Shown one piece after another: positions 12,771-28,011 of a stretch of DNA of 64,000 bases. The notes below the pieces were generated by a model. The model saw only the letters and a list, made by a program, of their open reading frames with translations. It made no database searches and was not told where the DNA came from. The first letter of the stretch is position 1. Every line of letters starts with the position of its first letter. The stretch spans positions 26,164,001 through 26,228,000 of the forward strand of contig OX597829.1 of NCBI GenBank assembly GCA_951406725.2, given 5' to 3'. The DNA is from Octopus vulgaris. Its lineage: Eukaryota. Made by a program: the position numbers and the translations under genes.

Positions 12771-14078
12771 ATATATAAAACGTACATACACATATACCTG
12801 ATGATTGCAGTGATATATGTATTGATATATATATACACACACACATACATTTCATATATATATATATATATATATATAATTCAACATCATCATTTTATGG
12901 GCCCATTTCTATGTTTGCATTGATTGGAGTATACTTGAGACAGGTTTTCTACAGCTGGAAGACATTCCTGTTGCCATCCCTCCCTTTTTCCAAGGTACAG
13001 AGAAATTTCCCATGGCCAGACATGTCCCTGAACACTGGTAATAATGACACTGCTTGTATGGCGGTGACATTCATTAACAACTACCATGTAATGTAAAGAC
13101 AAGGTCACACATACATACATATATATATATCTGATGGGCTTCTTCCAGCCGCTGACCACCAAACTGACTTAGGGCTATAGTATAAGACACTTGCCTTAAT
13201 GTGCCATGCAGTAATACTGAACCTAGAACTATATAGTTGGGACACAAATCTCTTGCCACAGAGTAGATATATGTGTGTTCATATATTTCAAAATCATGAG
13301 AAGGTAGACCTAAGTTATATGTAGTTTGACTTTGCACTCAGAAGAGGTATCACAGATGAAACCTTCCTGATGCAGTAACTGCAGGTTTGAGTAAACCATT
13401 ATTTTTGGTTTTCACTGACTTGGAAAAGGCATTTGAAAAAGTACCACATTCAGTAATTTGATGGTCAAAGTTGTTGCAAACAAAAGACTTGTAAGGACTG
13501 TACTAGCTATGTTTAAAGGTGCAGTAAGTAAAATGAAAGTCAGCAATAATTTCAGTGATGAATTTAGTATGAAGATGGGGTTCCATCCATCTATACCAAA
13601 TACTCAGCCCTCTCTTACTTATGATATTTCTACAGACCATTATAGTATCACAGTATTAACCAGACCATCATATACTGTTATGTACCACTGGTCACAATGC
13701 ACTTCCAATTTTGTCTTGAATACGCTATTCTTTTCCATTTTGACCTAAACTGCTTGACTACATCATCTTCCCATTGTCATGGAGGCCTGTTCTGATCTCT
13801 TGGATATAACTTGGTAACTGCACGTGAAGACAAAGAGAACAATGTTAATGGATGAAGGATGGATAACAACCTATCCAACCACATGTCATCTTTCTTGTCT
13901 TCCCCTTCCCTGATGCATTATCATTACCAACCTGCTGCTCTCCCTCACTTTCTTCTGCACCCCATTCTACCTACAACTCATGCATCATTGGTTATTCCAC
14001 ACCTCTTATCCACCATTCACTACATCCGCTCTTCAGTCTTACTCAATCTTCGCAGTTTTCATCTACCTCTCCTCTCTG

Positions 14079-14304
14079 TAACTCTTTAGCATTTAAACTG
14101 ATCCTATATGGCTCAAATATTCTACCAGTTTATGTTCAAACCTGCCAGATTCAGCCTCTCACATGGATCCTACAATGCCACTCTAAAAACTGTAGTCACA
14201 TCATTTAAAATCACAAAGCTACAAGATAATACATGATTAATTCAAAACGACATGATTAAATAAACATTACATTTGATAGAATAATCTGAATGCTAAAGAG
14301 TTAA
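14079..14304. mobile_element. piggyBac-type MITE, second family (related copies ~2187-2374, 3255-3880, 26210-26421)
   Basis: Ends actctttagcatt ... aatgctaaagagttaa; shared internal sequence among copies. Confidence 0.65.
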
Positions 14305-14751
14305 ACAATCCTTATTTCTCATTTCCCCATACACTCTTACAACCTCTGCCTTCTCACCTACAAAAACTTATGGTCTCTCTGCCCAACTCATGTCTTGAAT
14401 GTCTACCCTGATACCTTATCAATAGCATTTTCATCTTTTTCCAGTTCCAACCCGATCTCTCTCACCCACTCTTCTAAAATCTAAGCAATCATGTAGTCTG
14501 TTCTGGCTCCTTCTCTCATACTGCTACATGTCATCTCTTAGCATAAAGCAAACACTCACACCTGGAGTTTGTAGTCTTGCAAGCTGCATGGTGGCTTCAT
14601 TAGTGCTGGTGCCATGAAGGAAAAATAAAAGCACCCGATACACTCTGTTAAGTGGTTAATGTTAGGAAGGGGCATCAAGCTGTAGAAACCATTCCAAAGC
14701 AGACATTGGAGCACAATTATGATAATGATGAGGAGTGATGTGTGCATGTGC

Positions 14752-14794
<43 letters not shown>

Positions 14795-15567
14795 CATCAT
14801 CATCATTTAACTCATGGCTCGAGTTGAATGGTTTAACAGGATCCAGTGGGTCCAAAGATTGCATCCTGCTCCATTGTCTGTTTTGGTATGGTTTCTATGG
14901 CTAGATGTCCTCCCTAATGCTAACCACTTTACAAAGTACACAGGGTACTATTTTCATGACATCAGCACTAGTGAGGTGCCATGCAGCCTGCATGACAAAG
15001 GTACTACTTTATTGCGTGGGAAACAGTAGAGAGAAAGGCGGCTTTAAACTAGGAGATAGGGGGTTAAAATGTGAGAGAAGGGGCCAGGTTTCTTGCTGTA
15101 AAGATTGGGTGGAGTGGAAGAAAAGTAAAAATGGTTGTGATGAGGTGTCAGGATGGATCCTCAAGGTACAAGTAGATAAGAATGAGTGTGACAGAGGGAT
15201 CAGGAGTTTTTGTAAGTAGAAATTGTAAGAATGTATGGGGGAATAAGAAACAGCAAACATGTAAGGAGAGAGGAGGTACACAACAATTGTAAGGATTGGG
15301 TTGAAGAGTGGTCAAGAGTAACTAGGATGGAGCTGGAATAAGATAAAAGTAGTGTTGATGAGGTGGATGCTTCAGACATGAGGCATTTGAAGTGGTGGGT
15401 GGGTGGGTGTGTGGTGGAAGACAGTAAAATGCTAAGTGTTGGGATGTGTATTATAAACAACATAGTTTCCATTAAAGCAAACATCAAACACTATTAACAA
15501 ACATGCTGAACATCCAGTCTTTTAAACCACATAATGAAGCAAAAAAGGTAAACAAAAGAAAACATAC

Positions 15568-15707
15568 AAGATTAAATTCTTCAAATCTGTTGAATAATTG
15601 CGTGCCACAAGCTCCAGCGAGTTCGAAACCTGCTCACGCTGTATTGCCATGATGGAATTGCATGCCAAAGCAAGCACAACTTTACCCAAGGCAACGAGAT
15701 CTTCTTG
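15568..15707 (-). CDS. PAN3: PAN3 exon (QEDLVALGKVVLALACNS...DLKNLIL)
   Basis: ttccag / gtatgt; 140 nt, phase 0 to 2. Confidence 0.97.
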
Positions 15708-17047
15708 CTGGAAATAAACAAAAGACATACTTTAAATGTAACACTCACAGGACAAACATTTCTGTCAGTTTACAAATTCATTTTCATAATCATCATTGTA
15801 TAGTTCAGACAAGAGTATGTTGAGGCAGAGTTTTTCACAACCATAGGCCCTTCCTCTTGAAAACACTTACCATAATTCCTTCCACTCCATCTTTTTTTAG
15901 CACCTCTTTCTCTCTCATATTTTTAAGAAAACCTATTTCTTTACTACCCACAAGGGGCTAAACACAGAGAGGACAAACAAGGACAGACAAACGGATTAAG
16001 GCAATTATATCGACCCCAGTGCGTAACTGGTACTTATTTTATCGACCCTGAAAGGATGAAAGGCAAAGTCGACTTCGGCGGAATTTGAACTCAGAACGTA
16101 GCAGCAGATGAAATACCGCTAAGCGTTTCAACCGTCGTGCTAACAATTCTGCCAGCTCACCTAAGAATACCCCTGTTTTCAGCATCAGATCCTTTTTTTT
16201 TCTCTTTTCTCTCTTTCTTTTGCTCTCTATTTCCCTTCCAGAAACTGTCCATCTTCAAGCATTTGATCTGTGTAGAACATAATGTATTAAAATGTGTCCC
16301 TGAATGTCAACTGCAGAGGATGCAAATAATGCATTTAGAATATCGACTGCAGAAGATGCAAAATAAGTAAAATCACAATATACAAGCACACACATACACA
16401 TGTGTATATATAAGGAACAAGTGGTACAAGCTACATCTTGTATTTATCAAACTTTATCCTACATCTGATCTGTATATCATAACCAGTAACACTGCTAAGT
16501 AACAACACCACTCTACTGAAAGTAGATTCTATGATGATACTTTATGCAAAGCTCTAAATTCTCTACTAGCAGTCATATATCTAACTGTACACACAAGAAA
16601 CACTATATATTAGTACACACACACACACACACATATATATATCTTTTATCATTAGCATTTTAAGGTTTATTTGTCCATGCTTGCATAGTTAGATGAAAGT
16701 CTGTTGGGCAAACTACTCTACAGCCAAATGCATTTCCTAGTACAAACCATGAGCTGTTTTCGAGCAAGGTAACATTCTTCTAGTCTACTGAAGAACGAAC
16801 AGCCTCGATTTGTATATCACCATCATCAGCATCATCATTATCACTGCTTAATGTCTGCTTGCCATGCCTAGCATGGGTTGGACAGTTTGACTTCCATGTC
16901 TGTCATATATATATATGTTTTAGTGCATGGCCTTGTTTGTGGTTCACCATCCAAATGCACTTGGAATATCCACTGCAGAGGATACAAATACATACAATCA
17001 CAATATATATATATTTATATAAGGAACAAGTGATATATATTTTGTAA

Positions 17048-17257
17048 ATAATAATCATAAATTTAGTGTATATTGGCTGTAATAAAATGGTCTGATATTG
17101 AGGCATATAAGCCCTTGATGGGAAAAAATGAGCATTAGTAGGTGTGGGAATCAGTTCCCACACCTACTAATACCCATTTTTCCCCATCAAGAGCTTATAT
17201 GCCCCAATATTAGGCTATTCTCTGTAGCCAACATACAGTAAGCTTATAATTATTATG
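17048..17257. repeat. ~100 bp-arm palindrome with 4 nt loop
   Basis: ...attagtaggtgtgggaa tcag ttcccacacctactaat... Confidence 0.9.
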
Positions 17258-17269
17258 TATGGTTGAATG

Positions 17270-18480
17270 ATGCTTCTTACATGCCATTGGCATGGGAGCT
17301 AGTCAGGCGGAACTGCCATCAACCACACTTAAAAGGTGCTTATTATATGCCACTGGCAAATGTTCCAGTTCAGTGGCACTGGCATCAGCCACAGTTGGAT
17401 TTTTCAGGTCTTCTCAAGCACAGCAGGTACTCTTAAATGGGTCAGTTATGAGACACTGGCATCGGCCATGATCTCACAGCATGTCTCCAAAAGTTTCAGT
17501 CGCTTGTCATTGCCACTGTGAAACCCAATGTTTGAAGGTCATGCTTCACCACCTCATCGCATGTCTTCCTGAGTCTACCTCGTCCACAGATTCCCTCCAC
17601 TGTTAGGGTGTGACACTTCTTCACACAGCTGTCCGCATCCATATGTAACACATGACCATACCAACACAGTCGTCTCTCTTGCACACCACATCTGATGCTT
17701 CTTATGTCCAACTTTTGTCTCCAGGTGCTTACACTCTGTTGTATATGCACACTGACATTATACAACCCGTGGAGCATACTAGTTTCATTTCTTTCAAGCC
17801 TACACATGTCCTTAGCAGTCACAGCCCATGTTTAACTGCCATATAGCATGGCTGTTCGCACACAGGCATCATACGGTCTACCTTTCATTCTGAACAAGAG
17901 CCCTTTTGTTAACAGCAGAGGTAGGAGCTCTCTGAACTTTGCTATTAGAGTAAGGTCATCAGCACAGAAGAGCTCCCAGGGGAAGCCTGTCTTGAATTCC
18001 TCTGTTATTGCCTGGAAGACTATGATGAATAGGGGTGGCTGAAGACTGATCCTTGGTGAACCCACTACTTCTATCCAGAATTCTTCACTATACTCATTGC
18101 CAACCCTCACCTTACTGACAGCATCTATGTACATAGCTTATACAGCTCTCACCAACCGCTCATTTATCCCTAGTTTCCACATTGACCACCAGATAAGGGA
18201 TTGGAGGACTCTGTCAAAGATTTTCTCCTGCAGCTGTCTTACCAGAAATATAGCATCAGTGGTCTAAACTAACTCTCTTCCTAATTAGTTGGGCTATGAC
18301 CCTCTCTGTGACTTTCATCACCTGATCCAACAATTTGACACCTCTGTAATTATTCCTATCTAATGCGTCACCTTTACCTTTGTAGCTATGGTGCTACTCA
18401 TCAGTCAGTGGATATGACACCTTCATGTATCACCTAGTTGACTATACAGGTAACTAGACTATAGCCTACACTGCCAGATA
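17270..18480 (-). mobile_element. Degenerate RTE LINE with internal deletion
   Basis: ORFs 17496-17822 and 17832-18134 are homologous to the 41607-42455 ORF. Confidence 0.88.
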
Positions 18481-18636
18481 TTCTAAGCAGACTATAGACT
18501 ACACCGCACAGAAAAAAATACATATATATTATACACACATATATTTGTATACATGTGTGTCTTAATGTATATGATTAGCATCACCATCATCGTTTAACAT
18601 CCACTTTTCCGTGCTTGCATTAGTCAGACAAAATTT

Positions 18637-21600
18637 GGGGTAATTCCATGTCAAATCACCCAGTTTCAGAAAAATTTCCCAGGTCATCCCCCTCAGCCAC
18701 CCCTGAAAAAATTCATACTAGCTCTTGTACCTATATTAAGTATTTGGTCAATATCTTCAATAGTTTTGAAATTGTAGGCCTTTAAAATATCAATTAATTA
18801 TACATGTTTTTCCAAACGAACCTCTTGGACCAACTTGAGACAGCCATTTCTCCTCTAATAAGGTAAGCACTATTTTGAATCATGTGTTTGGGGCTAACTT
18901 TTTCTGTAGAGTTCAAACATCTTATCAAATCAAGTGTGTCATATATATTTTCCCATCTACAGGCCTCTGAAAATTGCCAAGAATTAAATGTCCAGCAACT
19001 GTATGCCTCTTTTAGGTATTTCTATTGCAAATGGCACACTAGCTAAAGCAACCACAATTGTTTTTCAGTTACTTAGCATAGTAGTAGACCATTTCTGAGC
19101 AGTAACCATGTTAGTTGCTATTATGGGAGTGTCAGAATAATTTTTTGAAATATGCACAATTTCAGAATTTTTCAAAATGTGCCCACTTTGATGCCCTTAG
19201 TTGACCATGTGGACAGTTCACTAGCATTTTAAAATTTTTACCATACATTCTTATACTTCTGAAGATGATGTGACAGAAATCTGGTTTTGTTGCTGAGCTT
19301 CCTTTCAGAGTCATGAATTTTTAATGCATTATATTAAATGTTCAGGTACTCATCCTGCCATGATGGTGTCCAGTTCTATATCTCAGTGTAATCTTGGAAG
19401 TAAATTATTCAAGAAAACAGGGATTTTTGAAATGCAGTTCTTTATCTGACAATGAAATGGCTTTAATTCACTGCATGAAGATGACAATGTTTGCTTTCAT
19501 CATGAGAAAATTTTCCTTTCACATTATGGAAGCCTGTGATGTGCAGATCCCAAAGCATTCACAAAAAGAAGATATCACATAAGTATAATAGTATGTTAAT
19601 AGTATAATACTATAATTGTATTTCAATAGTGTTATAATAGTATAATTATTCATTTGCGAAACATGTATGAGAGAATTTGAAAGATATTAATATTGACCTA
19701 AGATAGCGTTACTCCATTACCTGAAGAAGATAGATACAGTACTATCTGTTTGTCAGAATTATATTAACCTTTAATAAGTTTATCACAGGCATGATTTTTT
19801 TATACTCTTGTTAATGGTTGAAACTAATGAGGTACTAAATAAAGATGGTGAAGGTAAGGGTGGTAGTAGGCCCTGGTGACGTCTTATCTTTTATATTGCA
19901 AATTATTAGGACATGGGTACACCGTGCAAGTTCTAAATCCTGCACAAATTCTAAGTTCATAACTACAGATAAATTGCCATTAATCTTTCAATGTCCATAT
20001 CTTGTTATGCTGCAAAAATTATTTCTTTTTAAATTAATGATATTTTCCAGAGGACTTACAATGTTTCAAAGTTGTGATGTGTTATGCAATTTAAAAAAAA
20101 CTATAACATTTATTATTCACTTTATTTGTACTGTAATGCATTATTGCATTTATTTGACATTTTATAATATATTACAATGTGTTTTCAGGATCTCTCCACA
20201 ATGTAAGTGAAGACAATGCCAAGAATCTGGGGTTGATGCCAGGACAGAAACTATGCTGAAGTTGCTGGAGGGACCTTACAAGAGTTGGGGATTATACACA
20301 GGCTAATTACCAAACTGTAATGAATCTTTCAAGCATGAAGTGGATTTGATCCACCATAGCCAAATTTAAATTAACAGTTCAACAGAGCTTTTCTCATGGT
20401 GGAACACTGGTTTTTCTCTGACAGCAGTTTTACATTTGCCAGATTGCCTTTAGCTAGGCTGAAATAATGTCTTCACCACTTGACCCTTATAACCTCTTCT
20501 ACTTCACCAAAAGCTAGAATAGAGATATCACAGTACCACCAACGAAGCCCATTGTTCTCAATGATATGTCCATCCTTATCGATAGTTATAAAAACAAGAA
20601 CCAGTAAACAAAAGACAGTTAGTTACTTTGGTAACAACTCATGAGTTGAGAGAGTGCTAACATCAGTTAGTGAACTGACCACTAGAATCATGGAAGCAGA
20701 CAGACAAAACGGCCCGAGGGAAAAAGAAAGACATCCCACACTCTCACTCTCGCTAATTCTGCTCTCTTACAACATCATTTTATCTCTCTCTGTAATTACC
20801 ACTAAACGATGACAAGAACACAAACAAACTATGCAAGGAAAATCTATATCTATCTTTACTTTGCATGCTTTATGATTTTTATCACCTGCCCGTCGAGGCA
20901 AGGTAATATATTCAATGTAAGAGTTAAATAAATATTTTCTAAAAGCTTAAAGCATTGTCCATCTTTCACATCTTACAACAACAAATTTTTATTGTTACAA
21001 CTGCTGACTCCAACATTACATATTATTGCATACCTAATCAATCTTACAATTGGTAACTACACTAATTAAAATCTCCCGTTACAAAACTGATGAAGAAGCT
21101 GGGCCAAGCACTACCAATGACGTGGATGATTTACAACCTTCAGTAATATTTTGAGAGGATTTGAATGCCACAGTAATTATGTTAGGCTGCTCACCTACCA
21201 AGTATGTGAGACCTAAGGGACCAGGCATCCTACATCCGAAGCAAGATAAAGAAAATGAAAGCAGCTACACAGGGAAAATTAAGTCTAGATAGATGCACCT
21301 TCAGACATGAATGTTGACATAGATACAGGAAATTGTGAGAAATGCAAAGTGTCATCAAGGAAAGGGAAGGGAAAATTCAAATGTTAACCCTACTGCTGGA
21401 GCGAACAGAAAACTCAAGAAACATTTGGAGTGAGTGAATATTTGGTAAGATGAGCCAGATCTTTAAAGAGAGAAGAAGGAATCTTGGCTGAGCCAGAAAG
21501 AAAGCTAGGCCATGCCCTGCCACCAGCAATTTTTTGAACTTGATGAATTTTCTAGGGTAAGTCCCAGTAAGAAAGATTATGTGACTGTTAGAACAGATGA

Positions 21601-22560
21601 AAGAAAGATTCACAAACTGAAAAGGTTGTTGCTAGCAAACTTAAATGAATTGTATGTAGCTTTCAAAACCAGTTACAATGACAAAATAGGATTTTCTAAA
21701 TTCTGTGAGTTACAACCTAAGTGGTGTGTAGCTGTGGGTCCTAAAGGTTCACATACAGTGCGTGTTTGTTAGTACCACCAAAATGCAAATTTGTTAGCTG
21801 CTGCATTACCAGTTGATGTCATTTACCATGAAGTGCTGTCTAAACTTGTCTGTAATGTACAAAGTAGAGACTGCAAGTTGCATGCCTGTGAACAGTGTCC
21901 TGGGAAAGGGGCATTACAAGAGTAACTCAATAGTCAGTTGGGTAGTCAAGAGTTTTATGAAGGTGACATGATTAAATATAAACAATGGGTGCACACCGAT
22001 AGAAAAACACTTGCATAACTTGAAGCTACTGCAGCAGATTTCATTGATATCAGTGTGAATCATTCTGTAAGCTTACACAGCACCACTTTATTGCAAAAGC
22101 GAAATCTGTGGCTTTGAATGCATTTAAAGAAAAGCTTCGCTATAATGAAGCCATCATATTACTTGATTTTGGAGAAAATTATAGCTTTATCATACAGGAT
22201 GCTGTGCAGGGGCATCATTGGGATAATTCCCAAGCTAAAGTGCATCCCTTTTTATTTTATGTCAAAGACTCCTCAACCTCTCATCTCAAATGTGTAAATA
22301 AGTGTGTCATGTCTGATTGCCTCAACAATGACACTGTGGCAGTTCAAGCTTTTACTAATCAAGTCCTGACTGCTATAAAATCAAAGTTTGAAGATCTAAC
22401 CAAAGTTATATACTTCAATGATGAGGCTGCAAGCCAATATGAAAATTTCAAAAATTTTGCCAACCTCTGTAGCCATTATAATCATGGTCTGTCTGCTGAA
22501 TGGCATTTTTTGCTACTAGCAAAAAATGAATGGCATTTTTACAAATTTCTTCCAGTTCCC
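18637..22560 (+). mobile_element. Degenerate DNA transposon, probably Sola2
   Basis: Left end gggtaattccatgtcaa. Frameshifted transposase at 21510-22520 with FSKFCELQPKWC, DFGENY, QDAVQGHHW, SDCLNND, AASQYENFKNF and AEWHF motifs. No right TIR seen. Confidence 0.65.
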
Positions 22561-24753
22561 ATCAACCAAATTCACACTCTAAGAAGAGTTTTCATTTATA
22601 TAATTAAAAAATGTTTCCTAGAGGTAACACAATCACTAAATAATGTAAGACATATATCAGTAGGTTATGTTGAAGAAGGAGGTATAATGAGATGATGTTT
22701 ATCTTTCCTCAAAACTACTTACATATTGTAAGCAAATTTTCATAAGTTTGTACTGAGAGGACTTACGCTCAATCAGTTGCTTCAACTATAAGATTGTTTC
22801 CCATTCTTAATATGACTGCATTAGACGCTAGGAAAATTTTAAAAGTAAAAAAAGTGTGCCTTATTCATTAGCAAATACAGTATGTGCTTTAATGGTGTAA
22901 ATAATTTCATCGTTCTTACAATTTCATTTTTTTTTTCAAATATAGGTCGAGCTGACCTATATATGCCTTTTTATTCTTAGGCTTTCGTTTCTCACGAATT
23001 ATCATCCAAGGGGTATAAACCTCGTCATGAGATTATTACTTGGCCATCCTCTTTACCACCTCTACCAGCACTTTTATCGTTGTCCTCACTGTCGGCATCA
23101 CTCTCATTATCATCACCAACACGTTATCAACTATCACTTGAAGTCAAGACAAGGAGCAATTATACACAAACTATATATAAATAAATATATATATATACAT
23201 ATATATATATATGTATGTGCTGGTTTTCTTTTTTCAGTTTCCGTTTACTAAATTCACTCACAAAGCTTTGCTCAGCCCAGAACAACTACTGTAGAAGACG
23301 TTTGTCCAAGGTACAGCATACGGGAGCTTAACCGAAACTCACATAGCTGGGAAGTGAACACCTAAACAAGACATCCATGCATGTAGTTGAGGATCATCTC
23401 CAGTTAAAAAAAAGAATGGAGAGAAAAAGCTTGCTTTGAGGGTATCTAACGCTTAGTATTTGAAATGTGGTCATGCAACGGGGTGCAAGTGAATGAAGAG
23501 ACCAGAATTTTTAAGAACCAAATTAAAAGTGAGATATTTAAATAAATAGGTCACAATGACATAATTATTAATAAAAAAGAAAAAATTAACATTTAAAAAA
23601 TTTAATATAACTTTTTAGTCTTTTACATGTTCCAGTCATTAGACTGTAGCCATATTGGGACATCGTCTTGAAGAATTTATTTAAAAAAACCAACCCTAGA
23701 ACTTCATCTTTTTTAAAACTGGTACTAATTCTATTGGTGTCTTTTGTCAAACCCCAAATTTAAATACATACATACACGCTTACATACATGCATATACATA
23801 CAAGGTGCTTCATTCAGTTACCATCTACCATATCCACTCAAGGCTTTGGCCAGCCCAGAGATATAGTAGAAGACACTTCCCAAGATGCCATGCAGAGGGA
23901 CTGAACTCATGTGGTTGGGAAGTAAACTTCTTACCACAACAATGTAAAGTGGCACAGTTTTAGGGTCTACAAGTATAAAGTAAAACTAAACAGAAATCAG
24001 AAAAGAAGCTAGAAATATTAAGTAGAAAACTTTTCATAATTTCATGTAAGACGTATAATAATATAACAAGTCTGGATAATAAAAATAGTTTAAATTTCAA
24101 ACCATCCATTAACCTATACCTAATGCTCCTCTGCATGAAATTCTTAGTATTTATATGAGATATAAACATTTCCATCTAAAATTTATATTTATAGGTCTAG
24201 TGACAAAGGGAATAAAAAAATACAAAAGCCAAATCAGTTCATTCAGTTCTAAGGACCACCTTTGAGATTTCTAAATTGCAGTTTAAATACAAATAATAAA
24301 TAAGATTTTAGCTTTGATTAAAATATTAAACATATGGATAAAAGTTTCAAAATGTCTTTCATATTTATAAAAGAAATTGTTGAACTCTTAACTATGATAC
24401 AGCCTCAGACTTTCTGTATTCAAATTAAAATCTTGGTCAAAGATTTATCAGTTGGTTAACACCAAAATAACATGCACGCATGCATACATACAAACAAACA
24501 CACACATAAGCACAACTGGTTTCTTTGAGTTTCTATCTACCAAATCTGCTCACAGAGTTTACTCAGCCAGGGACTATTGTAGAAGGCACTGAACCAAACA
24601 AGCTTCTTAATCCCACAGACATGTCTGTGACTATCTGAATTTATGCTCCAACAAAAGTACCACTTGGCTACTTTTAAAAAACGTCCTGCAAAAGAAGTCA
24701 CCAGCTTGGCTCTTTCTCCAAGCTCGAAGGCAAAATGATAAATATATACTTAC

Positions 24754-24841
24754 TTGATAATGAGGGACGAGACTGACATAATTCCCCTGGTTACTATCGA
24801 ATGTTAACACATCAAAAATACCAATGCAGTTGATTCGTAAT
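24754..24841 (-). CDS. PAN3: PAN3 exon (LRINCIGIFDVLTFD...PHYQ)
   Basis: tttcag / gtaagt; 88 nt, phase 2 to 0. Confidence 0.96.
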
Positions 24842-25343
24842 CTGAAAATATAAACAACACATTTTAATGTCCACTTTTCCATACTTGCATGGGCTAGACA
24901 GAATTTGTTTACGTAGATTTTCTTATGACTGTATGCCTTTCCTGTCACCAACATTCAACTATTCCCAAGTGAGGTAATGTTTCAACATGACTAGGAATAT
25001 TTCCACAGAAGATTGGAAATGATGAACAATGCACAGCAGGACTAAACCCAAGACCATGTGATTGAGAAACAAGCTTCTTTGCTATATACCCATGCCTGCA
25101 ACTCTAATATACCTCAAAGACTGGGGAAAAAAAACTTTTGGTATTATTTATATGTGTTTAATTTCCCAATAAAAACAGTCTTATATTAAACTGAAGGATT
25201 ACTTAATACTTTTTGTAGAAAACAACTTTATTGTTTTTTAACAAGAATAATATTGACAGTAACTTCAAAGTTTCCGCCAGCTAATGTTTAAGTTCACCGT
25301 AAATGGTCCTTTTAACATGCTGAACACTACTTGGTAGAATTAT

Positions 25344-25390
<47 letters not shown>

Positions 25391-25789
25391 CACAGGCATG
25401 ACACCTTGGGCAAGTGTCTTCTACTATAGACTCGGGCCAACCAAAGCCTTGAGTGAATTTGGTAAATGGAAACTGAAAGAAGCCCATCATATACATGTAT
25501 ATATGTGAATATGTATGTAAGTGTATATGTGTGTATCTATGTGTATTTGTTCCCACCTCAAACCCATCACTGCTTGACAACTGGTTTTGGCATGTTTACA
25601 TTCGTGTTACATAGCAGTTCAGCAAAAGAGACCCATAGAATAAGTAGTAGACTTAAAAAAAGTCCTGTGGTCAATTTGTTTGACTAAAACCCTTCAAGGC
25701 GGTGCTCCACCAAGGCCGCAGTCAAATTACTGAAACAAGAATATATATATATGAACTCAAATATAAGATTATATATCTACAAAACTAAC

Positions 25790-25952
25790 CTTGATTTACT
25801 TGATATCAAAATTTTTGTGGGATCCATTACACCACAAGCCAAACCTGCAGTATGGATTGCCCGCAACGCAGAACTTAACTGCACAATGTAAGCCCATATA
25901 AGGCTTTCCGGGAGTAAACCAGCATGCTGTCGTGGACCATTAGAGACACCAG
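25790..25952 (-). CDS. PAN3: PAN3 exon (PRQHAGLLPESLIWAYIVQLSSALRAIHTAGLACGVMDPTKILI)
   Basis: ttgcag / gttagt; 163 nt, phase 1 to 2. Confidence 0.97.
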
Positions 25953-28011
25953 CTGCAATATAAAAATATCAATTGAGTTAGTATTTTAATACAAACTATT
26001 TTTCAAAAATGTCAAGCTGTGAAAAAAAATATGGGAAAAGTGTAGGTGTGTGTCTGTGAGAGAGAGAGAGAGTGAGATTGATATGATTTATTATATCAAA
26101 GTACTAATAAGACTCCCATTATGTAGAAATCTATTATACTCTAGGATAAGTAAAGTGCATGTGATAGAGATGAAGAGACAGAAGGAAAAAATTCAAATGA
26201 TCTATTATATTAACCCTTTAGAATTTAATCTGGCCAAAATATTCTACCTTATGTTCAAAAACGTCAGATCTGGTCCTTCACACCTACATTAAACATAATT
26301 CTGGAAACAAACTACCATATCATCAAAATCTTGAAGCTACAAGGTAAGTCATAATTAAAACAAAAAAACGTGAACAAATAAGCATCACATTTAACAGAAT
26401 AATCTGAATGCTAGAGAGTTACAGTAATAATGGTAGATTTCTGTAGTGTAAAAAATCTGTTAAGCTATAAGCCAAACAAGGTACATGTGATAGAGAGACT
26501 CAATCGAAAACTAGCACATGCACACACACACACACACACACAGAGGGAATAATTGAAAAAAGAACAGAGGAGAAATATGAATTAGGATTAAAGGGAGGAG
26601 AATCAGAAATAACAAGAAGCATTATCTTAGTAGGAAAGGAATGAAATTAACGCAAGAAATTGAGCAAGGTGTCATACGATGAACAATGAATGTGAAGCTA
26701 GTAAGGGAAAAAAATTGTTTTATCAAGAAAAGAAACAAAATATGAACGACAGATTATAGTTAAGAATATTTTGCGCAAACAAGAATGAGAAAAATAAATA
26801 GAAGAGCTAACATTAGCAAAGAGAAAAGACAGGATTTCCTAATAATTAATAAAGAATTATGAAGGAAATGAAAAGATGGTATTAGCAAGTGAAGAAAGTG
26901 GGGAAATGTTTATGGCTGATAGTGTACCACAAAATGGGTGGTGTAATTTCACTGATACTGCAAGTGTATGTGTGTATTATACATCTACAAAGGCAGTGTG
27001 CTTAATAAGCCTATTTCCCAAACATGTGGTCTCAGGTTCGTTCAGTCCTAATGCTTGGTACCTTCGGTGTCTTCTGCTATAGTCTAGAGCTCACCAAAAC
27101 CTTGTGAGTGGATTTGGTACAAAGAAACTGAAATAAGCCTGTCTTGTGTGTCTGTGCATGTGTATAAAAGAAGTTGAAATGCATTAGGATTTTTGTTTAT
27201 CATTATCATCATTTAACGTCCGATTTGACTGAGGACTGGCAAACCAGATGGCTGCACCAGGCTCCAATCTTGATCTAGCAAAATTTCTACAGCTGGATGC
27301 CCTTCCTAATGCCAACCACTCTGAGAGTGTAGTGAGTGCTTTTATGTGCCACCGGCACAAGGGCCAGTCAGGTAGTACTGGCAACGGTCATGGAAAAATC
27401 ATGTTTTTTTTTTGTTAGTTTTTCAATTTTTAAAGACTTAACCGGTATCTCTGATTTTCAAAAGTTGAGATACAAAGATGTGAAGCTTTAAAAATCTTTA
27501 AATAGAGAATCTAAATGAATCCTAGTGCATATTCAACTTCTTTTTTCTATATTTCTACCCATGTGCAATAAAATAACTTTGTTTTTATATATAAATAAAT
27601 ATACATACACACATAAATATGTGTATGTCTAACTTTTACTTGCTTCAGTTGTTAGACTACATCTTATGCTGGGGCACTGCCTTGAAGAATTTTAGTTGAA
27701 CAAATCAACCTCACTACTTACTTTTTGTATGCTCAGTACTTATTTTATTAGTACAGAGGCATGAACACACCAACACTGGTTGTCAAGCAGTGGTGGAGGA
27801 TAAATACAAACACGAAAACACACATCTATGTGTGTTGCCAAGGAAATTGAAGTGTGTATTGGCTACTATGACCAACAATAGTCACAAGTATCAATTAGAA
27901 TGCATGTTTGTCACGTCTGCATCTTAAGAATGTTCATGTATTTTCAATGTATTAATCATAATTTTTCATACATTGATTGTGAGGTTTTTTTAATAACAGT
28001 CTATTATGACT

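Noticed and set aside
20585-21082. Possible solo LTR inside the Sola-like element (ends ...cgttaca)
   Set aside because: No clear matching TG start or TSD.
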